A stretch of DNA of 64,000 bases from Mytilus californianus (GCF_021869535.1 NW_026262690.1:112282001-112346000), one strand, 5' to 3'; shown: positions 21,687 to 33,620, counted from the stretch's first letter. Numbers and translations: made by a program. The notes: generated by a model from the letters alone, not told the origin.

Positions 21687-23255
21687 AATCTGTCTGGGCA
21701 GAGCGCTATCATATTTTGTCCCAAAGAACTTTTTTAGGGAGAATGATTTACAGGAATGGTACAGATATTTTTGGTTGTTTGCGCTTAGTTGTTGTAGAAT
21801 ATCAGAAATATATTGATGAAAACAAATGATTGAAAAAAGAGAACATAATTGAAGCAGAAAAAATAGCATCTACTGTATCAGCAGAAAGTAGAAAAAAAAC
21901 CAAACTAGAGCAAAGTCTAGAAGACGCTGTAAAAATCTTAAAAAGTTATGTTAAAATGTATGTCTCAGATAAAATCAAGATGTACAAACTTCCCGACATT
22001 GACAATTTTAAATGCAAAGATCAAATTTTGACGTCCCACCAATAAAAAAACAAAATAAATTTTCTAACCTGTCACCCTCAGATTTAAATGAAACATCTGC
22101 AGAAATTTCAGAATGGGATGAATTTTATACAAATGTAACAAAGTATGTATTTTTCCAAAAAAAAATTTAAAACAAAATAATGTTTTACAAGGTATTAAGA
22201 CTTTTTTCTCTATTCCAGTTGAAATCACTGATTAGTGGCCATTTTGGATGAAACAGCAGACAACAAAGAAACATCATTAAAGGTTTTGAATATTTTAAAT
22301 GATAAATTTCAAGTTGGTCAGGTGACTCATTACAATATATGTTGTTGTTGGTGTGGGTGAAGGGAAAAGCTACGATCATTTGATCAAACCTAAATCGGAA
22401 TATGAGAAAAACATGGACTGGGTACTTGCCTATCCTGGGGATTGGCATATGGGACATTTTTATAAATGTCGAATTTTGAAATGCAAAATTGAATTAAAGT
22501 TACTAATTAAACCAACCCTCTTAACAACCAAATCAAAACAAACAGTACTTATGGAACAACTTATAAAAAGATACAAGCTTGATAATGTCATACAAGAATA
22601 TATTAAAACATTTTTTGATAGGTGGTGCAATATTTTGTCTCTTCTGTTACCATGTTCAAAAGAAATTTCGGGTTATTTAGAAAAGGTTTCGATAAAATTT
22701 TAAGGTTGTTTTTCATAGCCAATAAAATGGTTTTTGAGAGTAAAACATTCTATATATTTTCATTCTGTTTAATGATAGATTATTTGTCAATTTTCCATGT
22801 TGTACTGGAAATTATACATCTAAAAATCTGTTTTCAAAGGTTATAAAAATAACCACCAGTAATGCACGTCTAAGATAGTAATGCATAATGTTCTGCATTG
22901 TTTTCTCTTTCTAATAAATACAGTCAACATCAAGTAATCCCCTCGCATGTTAGTTTACTTTTGTCTTCTTTTTTTTTGTTTTTGTTACAGGAACGTACGT
23001 TAACGATATAACACCATATTACGTTCTATCCTGTTACCCTTTTGGTCTATCATGTTACCGATAGGAGTATTGCATTTATATATATATATATACTAAAAAT
23101 GCTTTTCCTATATTTGTCGATATTTATTTTGATGCCGGATTGAAGCAGCTTCCTACTAAACATCCCCATGGAGCAACATTAAAAGTTTAACTGAGTGTAG
23201 CAAGTTTGCAATAACTCATGGTTTTTTTTATACAAGCTTGGGGAGCAGTTATGAG

Positions 23256-23329
23256 CACAGGCACTTGTCTCAGAAAAATAATTTTCTATATACCTTAGTG
23301 TAACTTTTTTTCTGAGACAAGTGACTGTG
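23256..23329. mobile_element. 74-bp hAT-type MITE
   Basis: 23-bp TIRs (cacaggcacttgtctcagaaaaa, 1 mismatch) and 8-bp TSD GTTATGAG. The paralogous site in unit 1 (about 19229) is empty. Confidence 0.93.
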
Positions 23330-24105
23330 GTTATGAGACATCAAGTGAAATCTTTTTTTGAATATAAATCATGTAAGGCACCTTATGACATCCAAATTTC
23401 AAATTTAATATTTGATATTATTTCAAATATGTCATTTGATGAAGGAGAAGTTGATGGTTGTAAACTTGATGTCTAGAAGATATGTGAGAAACAATGAGTT
23501 ATTGGAAGAGTATAAAACTTGGCGTTATGAGAACTCCTCAGTCAACCAAACTTTTATTTTTTGGGACAATGTCATACATTTAGATTTTAAGGCTTATCTT
23601 GGTTTTTTTTGTATACGTAGTAGAAACTGGTTATTACGTAATGTGTCTTTGAAAAAAGTTACTTGTCTTTTGATGGGAAAAACTATAAGTGACTCTTCAC
23701 CTACCATCTTGCTGATCTCCACACCTTTCCAGAACCTATTATTAAATATTTTGCAACTGGCTACTTTTCAGTTTCAATTTCAAGTAAACATTTGTATTCT
23801 GTAGAACTGGAGGAAGCACACGAAATGGAAATTAATTTAACGTAAAACAAATATCCTCTTAATTCATTCAGCCAGTCTTCTTTAGGAAATCTAACCTTTC
23901 AATTACCTTACAGAACAAAGACATAACATAACCCTTTAATCAGAATTATAGCTTAAAAGGGAAGAAGGTTTACATCAGATAAAAGGAAAAATGTCTTATG
24001 TTTAAAATGCAGAAAAAAACAGTTTGTGAATATATATCCAATTTACAAACATCATCTCTGTTTGTCATAAACTATAATGAAAAACTACATCATATCTTTA
24101 CTAGA

Positions 24106-24145
24106 GTTGTCTCATTGGCACTCATACCACATCTTCTTATATCTA
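24106..24145 (+). mobile_element. 40-bp R2 terminal copy with TAGA TSD
   Basis: The empty site in unit 1 (19799-19802) has a single TAGA. Confidence 0.85.
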
Positions 24146-25461
24146 TAGAACTGAAACTGACAACGAACAGACAGACAGTTTGACAAATTACAGACAGAAT
24201 GGCGAGGAAGACTTAGCAAATTATGTAAAATAGTTTTTATTAGAAAGTTGTGAAACAGCATGAAAACCTCCCCCCAGAAAAAGAAAAAAAAAGAAAAACT
24301 TTTGACCCTATTGAATTAACTCTTCACAAGAAAAAAAAAACACAGAAATTAAAGATCAAACTACAGTGATTTCTTGTTTGAGGAAAAGATTGCATTTTCT
24401 AAGCATAGTGGTAACGAAGTCAAGGATTTGGACCAGTTTTTACAGGTGCCACGTGCTTCGAGTGAGGCAGAAAGGATTACAGAGAAAGGTAAAAAAGCTT
24501 CTGCAGCTAATATTTAGAAAATATTTACTTCCATGTTTTTTTATCACATGTACCTAAGGCTTCACTTACAAGAAGAACTACTGTCGTTATTGATGGTATG
24601 TTTATCATCAATACCAGTCCACTTCCCTCACATAAGACCTTTGGTGATTATGGTGATTTTCTTTTTAATAGATGGATTGTTAATAATTAGAATCAGTATA
24701 GAGCAAATGAGTTTCATTAACTATTTGATGATCAATATAGGAATGGTGTTAGCCCAAAAGACATTGAAAAAACCAGGAGGAATACAGTCATACAGGAACC
24801 AGTTGTACGTACATGTATTTCCTCTGACACACCATTGATATCAAACTCGCGAAATTTTATTGTAGTTCGCCATCAAAAGCGAATTTTGGTTAATTTTCTG
24901 TCTTAATACCTGTTTTTTTTCACTATCATCGAATATTTTCTCTTTCTAACCAGTGTTGTTTTGTTACAGCTGGATGATTTGATGATGACAAAAAAGACAG
25001 AGCAGTTTCTGAAAAGGAATATGACGGTTGTTTTCCATTCGTTTCATGTGTTTGAGGTTTTGATTTTGCCATTTGATAAAAGACTTATCGTTTTGAATCT
25101 TCCTTGGAGTTCGGTAATTTTGTTATTTTACTTTTTTCCATATTAAATGGTCAAGTTGAAGATTATGTATTGGCATCTGGCCCCGGCGCCATAAAACTTT
25201 TATTTTCTGAGTAAAAAAATATTCTCAGAATGAATTATTTTACTCAACTAAGAATGTGAACTTTTTTATCAGCCATAAAAAAATATTCTCAACGTTGAGA
25301 ATATTCTCAGGTGAGAATTTTTGAGAATTTTTTTCTCGACGATGTAAGCGGTAAACGGAACTCTTTCGTGTTTGAAAACCAGAAAAGAGTGCTAAAAATG
25401 CAGGTAAGATTTGATGAGAAAGTCGTCTGTCAAGGTATGTTCTGTTGTCAGTGCAGCCATT

Positions 25462-28420
25462 ATGGCAGAAAAAAATAAGAGAGGAGCAAATTGGACCACT
25501 GATGAAGAGCTAGCTCTGATAGATCAGGCAAATCTGAGGGAGGATTCCCTTTTTGGGAAGACGAAAGGTTGTGGCGATGTGAAAATCGCCACTATTAGAC
25601 AAAATGCATGGAAAGAGAAATGTGACATATTAAATGCGTAGGTTCTCCATATTTTCCCAATTTCTCAAACGTTTTCAGAATGAAAATGTCGGTTGTATCT
25701 GATTCTTCGTCATTATATATTTTGAACAGTAAATGCGAATGTTATTGATGAGGCCCCTCATGGGGGTGTCCAAGTATTCACATAATCATAAATGTTTTGC
25801 CAGTATAATCCCATAACTATAACTTACTTACTTATCACCTTAGGGAACGATAATTTAACTTATAAAAAGGGAGTGGCTTATGTTTTTTTCATTAAATATT
25901 ATTCTGATCCCCACTTTGATGGAAAAAAATGTTGTCAAGTGTGAAATCTTGAAAAACATTATTTGATTGATAACAAGATCTAAAACCTTTTGAAAAACTG
26001 CTCACACTATTCAAAAAAACATTCTGATTCAAACAAAAAAATACATACCCCCTTTGAAGTTAATTGGTTGCTCCCTTATTATATAAAAAAAAATATACGT
26101 GTAGTTTCTTGGAAAACTACATGTAATTACCTCAACAAAGCTCCATTGCTACAGATATGTACTTAGATTAGCTACTGCTTTGAATAAACAGAGGCTGTCT
26201 AGGATCGTAATGATGAAAAAAAATCATTTAATATATCCACCAAAGTTTTACCTGTACTATCTTTTCTGTCCAGGAAGAAATAACATTAAAAACGTGGATC
26301 ACACTGAATTACATGCATAGCGAATTAATTAATAGTGTACACCAAATTTTTGAGTTTTTTTAAACAGACCGAAAGAATATTAGTCATTCTTTATAGTTGA
26401 AATCTGGAGTATATTAAATGAGTAAATCATGAATTAAACGGTTAATGATGTCACAAAAACATGACAAAATTATGTCTATGAGCTACATGTAATACACAAA
26501 AGACTTTCAGACAACATAAATACAGTGTTACATGTACATCCAAAATTAAATTATAAAGAAATAAACTTTAAGTATCAGAGTTCATTTTCCTATTATTCAT
26601 TAACATTTTGCTTTTTATTTCTTATGCAGAAGATTTACAGTTTGTAAAAGAACATCTGACGAGGTAAAGAAGAAGTACTACAACTTAAAACAAAGAAGTA
26701 AGTTTAATGTAAAATGAGTTTCAATATATTCATGTTGTGTTTATACTTGTTATAGATGCCACTATTTCTTTAATGGACATTATAATATGGTTTGGCAATA
26801 TATCGGATTTATTACAAGGCAACATAAAAATTGAACACTTTGTTGCTTCAATTAATGGGTACTAGAAAACGAAAGTAAATTAAGCAAATCATGAACATTA
26901 CATGCTATATTCAAAATGTACATCAGAACTGCAAAGGTCAATATTTTTTCCTTGTGATGTGAAATCCTTGGAACATTTTTATAATTGTATATTTAGTATT
27001 ATCCTGATTTAGAGTAATTTATCACAATTTGATTGGCTGATATTGTCCTAATAAATTTCAGTACAATTTGTATCCCCTTTAATCCCTTATACCATTGACC
27101 TAATAAAGAAAATAATAATTTTGAGTTGCTTTAAAGTCCTAATATTTTTTATTTTTCACAGTTTTATATTAAAAATCTAGATATATTTGGTTGATATTGT
27201 CCCAAAAATTGAATTTGAATATCATAATATGACATTATAATGTAATATAACAAAATCAGGATAAATTCCTTACACAGTGTACAATTGTCCTAATACAGAA
27301 TTTAACGGGGCTATAAAATTCATATCGGGTTTGGCTTGGCCTCATCCGATATGAATTTTATTGACCTGATAAATTCTCATATGAGGACAATTGCACACTG
27401 TGTAACTAATAATCTTGTTAGGCCAAATAAAAAAGATGTGTGTTTCCTATTACGGTACCCACCCTATTTTTTAAGCTAAAAAATAGCCTACCCCAAAGTT
27501 TTTTGTTGTTGTTTTTCAATAAGCACTGTTAAAGTCAGATTGTCCCTCATATAGACTCAATGTAAAAAAAAAAAAGGGAAAATAAAAAATCTTACCTACC
27601 TTCTCTATTTTTTTCAAAGATGTAATATTTTTTTGTCCTTATTTGAGAAATTTATGTTTTGTAGGTAAAGAAAAATATGACCTGCAAAAGAGACCAAAAA
27701 CAGGAGGAGGTCCTGCTGCCAAAACCACCCAGACAGAGGAACTCCTCATCAGTCATATGCTGGAAGATAACCGTACGCAGCTGACTGGTTTGCCAGAGGG
27801 TGTAGACACTGATAGTTAGTATTATATACAAGATAGTGATCACTTTGATTCTCTTTGAATTGTGACATGCTTGTGAAATGTGGGAAATAGCACCATAATT
27901 ATACATTCTATTAATAAAAGTCTGTAAATAATAATGCAGAGAAGTAGTCTAAAACTGAATACAATTATATGCAGCATTTGATAAATTCTGTGTTGCATCA
28001 TGAATGCAATAAAATTATCATATGATGGTTTTTAAAATATAAATAGTAAAGTTTTTTGATTATTGTCGATGCATAATAAATACATGTAACATAATCTCTA
28101 AAGAGCCTATAAACCAGTCATCTGTCGTTCTTCACTTTCTATTTTTTCATATGAATTAAAGGTTTTATTTGTGGGACTGTTGGTCAGTCAGTTACATGTG
28201 TTTTTTGTCTGAAATGAGAACTAATAGTATATGTCGTATTTCAGCAATTGAATCCCAACCTGAATCTTCTGGATCCTGGATGACAAGACAGAAAGAGGCT
28301 CTTGATCTCTACAAAGAACTATCAGGTACTTTAATTTTTTACAATCTCTTCTTCTTTCTTTATACATGTATTTCAGCTTGCTGTTTTCAAGCTTCTTGTG
28401 TAAGAAATAAACACATATGA
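25462..28420 (+). CDS. Spliced Myb/SANT-like DNA-binding protein gene (Harbinger-type accessory protein); exons 25462-25637, 26630-26697, 27665-27814, 28245-28325 and possibly 28377-28420
   Basis: GT-AG introns keep the frame: MAEKNKRGANWTTDEELALI..AWKEKCDILNA/RFTVCKRTSDEVKKKYYNLKQR/SKEKYDLQKRPKTGGGP.. The last exon is uncertain (51-nt intron). Confidence 0.8.
25841..26078. mobile_element. MITE in intron 1
   Basis: Imperfect TIRs tagggaacgataatttaactt / aagttaattggttgctccctta. Confidence 0.65.
27273..27402. mobile_element. 130-bp Tc1/mariner-type MITE with internal hairpin
   Basis: TIR cacagtgtacaattgtcct (1 mismatch), TA flanks, and an inner perfect 16-bp inverted repeat ataaaattcatatcgg/ccgatatgaattttat. 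Confidence 0.85.
27419..27641. mobile_element. Probable MITE in intron 2
   Basis: Imperfect TIRs taggccaaataaaaaa / tatttttttgtcctta. Confidence 0.5.
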
Positions 28421-28607
28421 AAGAAAGGGGCTTGAATATTGCAGATGCTCATGGGTAAGATTTTCATCATCTCCAATCTAACTAACATTAATTGATGGAC
28501 AGGTATTGTTACTCAGGGATGTCTGCCTGTCCTGTTTCTCAATCTTACACTTTCTTAAGAGAAAAGCAAAATTTACATAAAATGGTCACTGCTTGAAGTC
28601 CCATAAT

Positions 28608-29213
28608 GGTAATCATGAAGAGGCTAATACCAGAGTATGGTTACATGCAGTAGTTACAGCAGAAGATCAAGTCATAATCTACAGCCCCGATACTGATGTT
28701 TTTAAAGGTTAACCACTTGTACCTAATTTAAATAAAACTGTACAAGTTGAGAGTCTCACCTTACAACAATTCATTTCTTTCTATGAACAAACTTGTAAAG
28801 TGTAATATTCTGAACGATTCATTTTAACAGGGAATTGACAGTGTTTTGAAATGTATTCAGTTACTTTTTATCTATAGTAGATGCAATTGTGTGTCATATT
28901 TCAGAGGTGGTAGTGAGAAGACATTTTTTGATGTATTTAGAAAACATGCCTCTTGATTGTAGGTAAAGCAAGCTTTGCAGATGTTCATTTAATCAACACA
29001 TACAGAACAAAAATGGAAAATTCATTCCCGATTTCGCAGATCGAAAACGTCATTTTGTATAATCTAAATCACGTGATCAGAAACGTCAACTGGAGTTCTC
29101 CTGTGTCAGTGGCATCCCGGATGATATGGAAACATATTTCAAAATAACGTGTGTCAAATCATTGTGCATAAGCAGTGTCATTAAGTCATTCTGTTATGTT
29201 TGTTAATGGAATG
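28608..29213 (+). pseudogene. Unit 2 (right part) of the FEN1/XPG-motif element
   Basis: GNHEEANTRVWLHAVVTAEDQVIIYSPDTDV and SRCNCVSYFRGGSEKTF. Colinear with 20745-21353. Confidence 0.85.
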
Positions 29214-29426
29214 TTGCCAAATCGAGAGTAAGCAGTTGTTGCTTTATTGATGACAGCCTTTTTAAAACCAATTAGGTCACTTTGAATCTTAAAGGTAATC
29301 ACATAAAGACATACGATAGGAGCATATTTAAAGCATCTAGACCTTATTTTAGTTCCGTTTTAGTCATATTGCTCTTCAACTGTTTCGGTTCTTATACATC
29401 CTTGGCTTCCAAATAATCGGCTTTGG

Positions 29427-29460
29427 GCGTTCCTGGTGAGGGTAAAAGCACTTCGGACGC
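29427..29460 (+). ncRNA. Decayed hammerhead ribozyme, family B
   Basis: GCGTTC-CTGGTGA-GGGTA-AAAGCACTT-C-GGACGC. Stem I (GCGUUC/GGACGC) is intact, but the core is mutated and stem II/GAAA partly deleted. The same lesion occurs at 30411-30437. Confidence 0.5.
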
Positions 29461-29999
29461 ATTGAATTTATAAAGTGTTGTTTTCATTGTTTAGAGATAT
29501 ACTGACAAATCAATTTAGAAAAGGAATAACAAAAAAACTTTAATCGAGACTAAGGGCGGAACGGATTTCAAACGAAAATGGCAAGTTTTACTGACGGCTC
29601 TAGAAGTGTTGGAATATTCTAACGTTTGAAATGCGATTAAAACTTTTCCGAAAATTGTCTGGGAATGGCTGTTGCTTTAGAATCCTGCTTTACGGATATA
29701 TAGGAGTCTTCTAGAAATCACGCGCATTGCTCAAAGTCTATTATGTGTCAAATTCGAATACAAAGTGGGAAGGTGTTTGTGTTCATAAAATGTTTGTATA
29801 GATGGCGTAATTATATGGTTAGAAAAGATTGGTAAAATATCAACAAGTGATCAGGAACTTCAGTTGTTTATTTTCTCCATTCGATGCGTAGGCTGATATA
29901 GTCCAACGTTTGATTTTTTTCAGATTTTATAAAGGACTCTCTCCCTTTAAATTTATCGTGGAATCTCGTATTTTTGTTGTTACTTTTTTGTTTTACGAC

Positions 30000-30900
30000 C
30001 AAGAGTGACTGGGAATAGACATATAGTCACATTGGTGTTCTTCCGAGCGACATTAAAATTCTTGAAAAAAGTATGCCCAGACTCCGTTTGACTGTGCGGG
30101 ATGTACAAGTACGCAGCCACGTCCGGTCAAAATGGGGACGTTAAATTCCATGTCTCGTTTAAGGATGACTGGGGAATAGAAATATGGTCACTACAGGTCT
30201 TCTTCCGACCGGCAGTAGAACCCTTGCCAAAGTGGGGCGTCCATTTGGTTGTGCGGGATGTACAAGTACGCAGCCACGTCCGGTCAGAATGGGGACGTTT
30301 AATCCGATGCCTCGTGTAGAGAGAGTGCCACGCTCTCTGCACGTAAAGAACCCTTGCAACAACTCTTTTCGGTTTTTATACATCCTTGGCTTCCAAATAA
30401 TCGGCTTTGGGCGTTCCTGGTGAGGGTAAAAGCACTCGTGTTGAAGGAAAAATTTCTGTCCCTATCCAATTTACCCTCATTTTCCAGTGGCAGTCTAAAT
30501 TTCCCCCGACCTTCTTCCTGGACGGCCTACATTACAGGACCTACCTATTGTATTTATTGTTTATTTGATCTCGTCCTGAATATGCATGAAATATTTGCCA
30601 CTGGACGTTAAGTAACCAACAATCAATAAATCGTTTAAAAAGAATGCCACGCTCTGTGCACGTTAAAAACTCTTACTAAAACTCTGAGGGGTTCTTAGGT
30701 GGCCTGCTGCAAAGCAAAATTTCTGTCCCATTCCAATTTACCCTCTTTTTCCAGTGGCAGTAGAAATTTCCCCGACCTTCATCCTAGACGGCTTCTGTTA
30801 CATGACCTACCTATTGTCAAAGCTTTTTTGTTAATTTGTTCTCATCCTGAACATGCATGAAACATTTGCCATTTAACTTTAAGCAACCAACAATCAGTCA
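30000..30900 (+). mobile_element. Cluster of R1 SINE copies and fragments
   Basis: Repeated 'gtgcgggatgtacaagtacgcagccacgtccggtca' (30095, 30251) and R1 bodies at 30440-30630 and 30640-30900. Confidence 0.75.
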
Positions 30901-31298
30901 ATGGATAGCTTCTTGTGGACAGTGGATATCCCCTTCGACATTGGCTCCTTACACCAGATTTAAACCCAACAACAAGACAGGAACAACGTTATAACCGTTC
31001 CTATATGAGAACAAGATTTGCTGTTGAGAAGAGTTTTGTAGTTTTGACACCTCGGTTCAAATGTATATATACCACTACAGCAGGATCACTGTTGTACAGC
31101 CCAGTTAGATGTTGTGACATTGTTATACCTGTTGTTGTTCTACATAAAATGTGTATTGACAGTAGAATTCTATTGCCTACAGGAAACGATAACCTATGAG
31201 ATTATTGAAACATTCCTGGACATGAATATGTTGGTAATCGAAATGACGGTGCAGTTATTCGTACAAGATTGATTAATAACAGATTCAACAATTTATAA
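30901..31298 (+). pseudogene. Harbinger (HARBI1-like, DDE_Tnp_4) transposase C-terminal remnant
   Basis: DSGYPLRHWLLTP..EQRYNRSYMRTRFAVEKSF..RFKC..SLLYSP.RCCDIV..VLHKMCI. Confidence 0.88.
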
Positions 31299-31679
31299 AA
31301 TATTCTTACTTTTTTTTATTTTATTAAATCACTTTTTTTTGGGACAACCTTTTAAAACGGGAAGGGTTTACCTTAAAATAAGCGTATTTCAAGCTAAAAT
31401 TTGATGAATTTATGATCACCTCCAGTGGCAAACATTACATGCATATCACGACCGGAGAAAATGCAAATGTTATCTGAATATAAACATTATAAGACAGACA
31501 CAGTGAGCCGGATTTTTAACATGATAGTTCATAAGATAATGTTTAAAGTTTGAGGAAAGACGAATGTCGAACCATTATGTCTTTCATCCTGTTTTACTCA
31601 ATAACGATAAGAGAATAAACAGATATTTATCTGCTTCATCTGCCGAGGAGTAGGAACTCATTATAGATAATTAACATGA

Positions 31680-31853
31680 CCGTTTGAATGGTTTTACACT
31701 AGTAATTTTTTGGGGCCCTTTATAGCTTACTGTTCGGTGTGAGCCAAGGCTCCGTGTTGAAGACCGTACTGTGACCTATAATGGTTTACTTTTATAAATT
31801 TTGACTTGGATGGAGAGTTGTCTCATTGGCACTCATACCACATCTTATATCTA
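31680..31853 (+). repeat. R2 copy, truncated, with ATGA/TGA flanking duplication
   Basis: Reverse complement of part of 50748-50940. ATGA at 31676-31679 and 31853-31856. Confidence 0.8.
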
Positions 31854-31857
31854 TGAA

Positions 31858-32190
31858 GGCATTGACAAATCCAGTGATGTTTCTGTAATGAGTCTATATC
31901 TGTACCTCCGTCCATTCCATCTTAACGTTGGTCTCTAAAAGTCTCTACTACCTGATCCTCCATCGAGGATATGTCTTCTGGAAGGGGGCCTCCGCCTGTT
32001 TTTCCTGCCTCACGTCTATTATGTGCAACTTGTTTATATACGTTGTCCATTTCTTCCAAATTTCTTTAACTGTTCTTTGATGGTCAGTATTTGAAGAATT
32101 TATCTTTGTGCAGATACTATCCCTTGTCTTCTTCTTAATATCATTCGTCGTCACATTTGATAGCGTATTGTGGATACTTATAGTTAACAA
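31858..32190 (-). pseudogene. Myb/SANT-like remnant, convergent with the Harbinger transposase
   Basis: NTLSNVTTNDIKKKTRDSICTKINSS..RTVKEIWKKWTTY, then a frameshifted KTGGGP-like segment (aacaggcggaggcccc). Confidence 0.75.
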
Positions 32191-32993
32191 GGGAAGTATG
32201 GTAAAATATTTTGTATTAAATGAACTGTATGATTATTCAAAATTGAACATAGAGAAATTAATAAAAATAAAATAGATCTATAAAATTCATCATTCTTAAA
32301 CTATCATTTAGAACAAAATCAGGTTTAAAAGTGTAAAATTCAATATTAAATATAACTAGTATTACATGAATAAAAGAGAGGCGAAAGATAACAAAGAGAC
32401 ATTCAAACTCATTAGTCGAAAACGAACCGACAATACCACGAAAACGAAAAACGACCAAATGAAGATGAATTGAAAATATTCTAAAGTGGCCCGAAAAGTC
32501 AGATTTTTAATGTAACAAATATATTTTTAAAAAAAACGAGGAGGAAGTCTTGTTTTTTTAAAACTGAAAACCCCAAAAGGATGAAAGATCATTATGAAGA
32601 GGATTTATCATGATAATTAATTCACAACTTATTTCGTCACAAGACTCACACCAGGTTCCAGATATCATAAATTAACAGATTGATCGTGCCGAGAAAGAAA
32701 GGCTAGCAACATATATCGTATTGATAGTTTGAAAAAGCTTAACACAGATAAACAGTCTCAAAAGTTAAAAAAATCGGAATGAACCAACATCAGTCTTCAT
32801 TGAAAAAATAAAATAAAGTAAAGTTCCAACTCCCTCAGGCAAAATAAGCCATATAAGAATTTAGCTATTTTTAAGAGGTCCCTTTTGGTCATAAAGCTAC
32901 CGCTCCCAACGTTTCTACGTATTTATACATCCTTTTGTTAAATTATGAGAGTTCGTGATGAAGGAAACAACATAAACGGTACCATTTTTTTAT

Positions 32994-33037
32994 GCACCAG
33001 ATGCGCATTTCGACATTATATGTCTCTTCAATGATGT
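32994..33037 (-). ncRNA. Minimal type I hammerhead ribozyme, family A (C3U variant)
   Basis: ACAUCA-UUGAAGA-GACA/uauaa/UGUC-GAA-AUGCGCAU-C|UGGUGC: stem I, 4-bp stem II, palindromic stem III. Confidence 0.75.
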
Positions 33038-33145
33038 TCGAGGCAAAAATATTTGAATATCCGAAACTAATTAAAATTTTTAAAACAAAAAGGACAAAAC
33101 AGTATAATCAAAGCAGGGCAAGAAACACAGCTTCGCTTGAGGGAG

Positions 33146-33620
33146 AAATATTCCATAAACAATCTAGCTCATTTAATTTCACATATATGTATATTGATGA
33201 TGTTCTTTCCATTAACAATCCAAACTTTCTGATTGGGTCCAATTAATATATTTACCTGGACTAGATTAAAAATAAACCACAGATACAGCTTTTTCCTCCT
33301 CATCTCTAGACATATACTAGTACCTCGAATTTGACATCAGCGGTCATCTCAGTTCTAAAATCTATGAATCGTTTCGATGTAAAATTTAAAATTATAGATT
33401 TTCCCGCCTTAGCAGCAACTCAACTCGTACGATATTCAAGAACTTGCACCTGCTATTTCAGACTTTGTAAAACGTCGTCGGTCTGAGCAAAAAATTAATG
33501 AACCTGGTTTTTTCAAAGAATGTAACGTCATTTTACTCAAAACGTTCATCGGAAAGTACCAAGATAAATATTTAGTGTCTACTTCACAAATAATACAAGA
33601 TGGTCTTGAATCATACATTC
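33146..33620 (+). pseudogene. Naiad-type PLE RT 3' remnant
   Basis: FNFTYMYIDDVLSINNP; colinear with 58830-59320. Confidence 0.85.

Larger units (their letters stand above)
21687..25180 (+). pseudogene. Unit 2 of the same element (tandem copy, left part)
   Basis: Colinear with 6480-6800 and 18033-20747. It keeps a SVELEEAHEMEIN segment (about 23700-23840) that is deleted in unit 1. Confidence 0.85.

Noticed and set aside
25179-28607. Complete Harbinger element with TIRs and TSD around the Myb gene
   Set aside because: The left end GGCCCCGGCGCCATAAAA looks terminal, but no matching right TIR or TWA TSD was found, so the boundaries are not claimed as an intact element.
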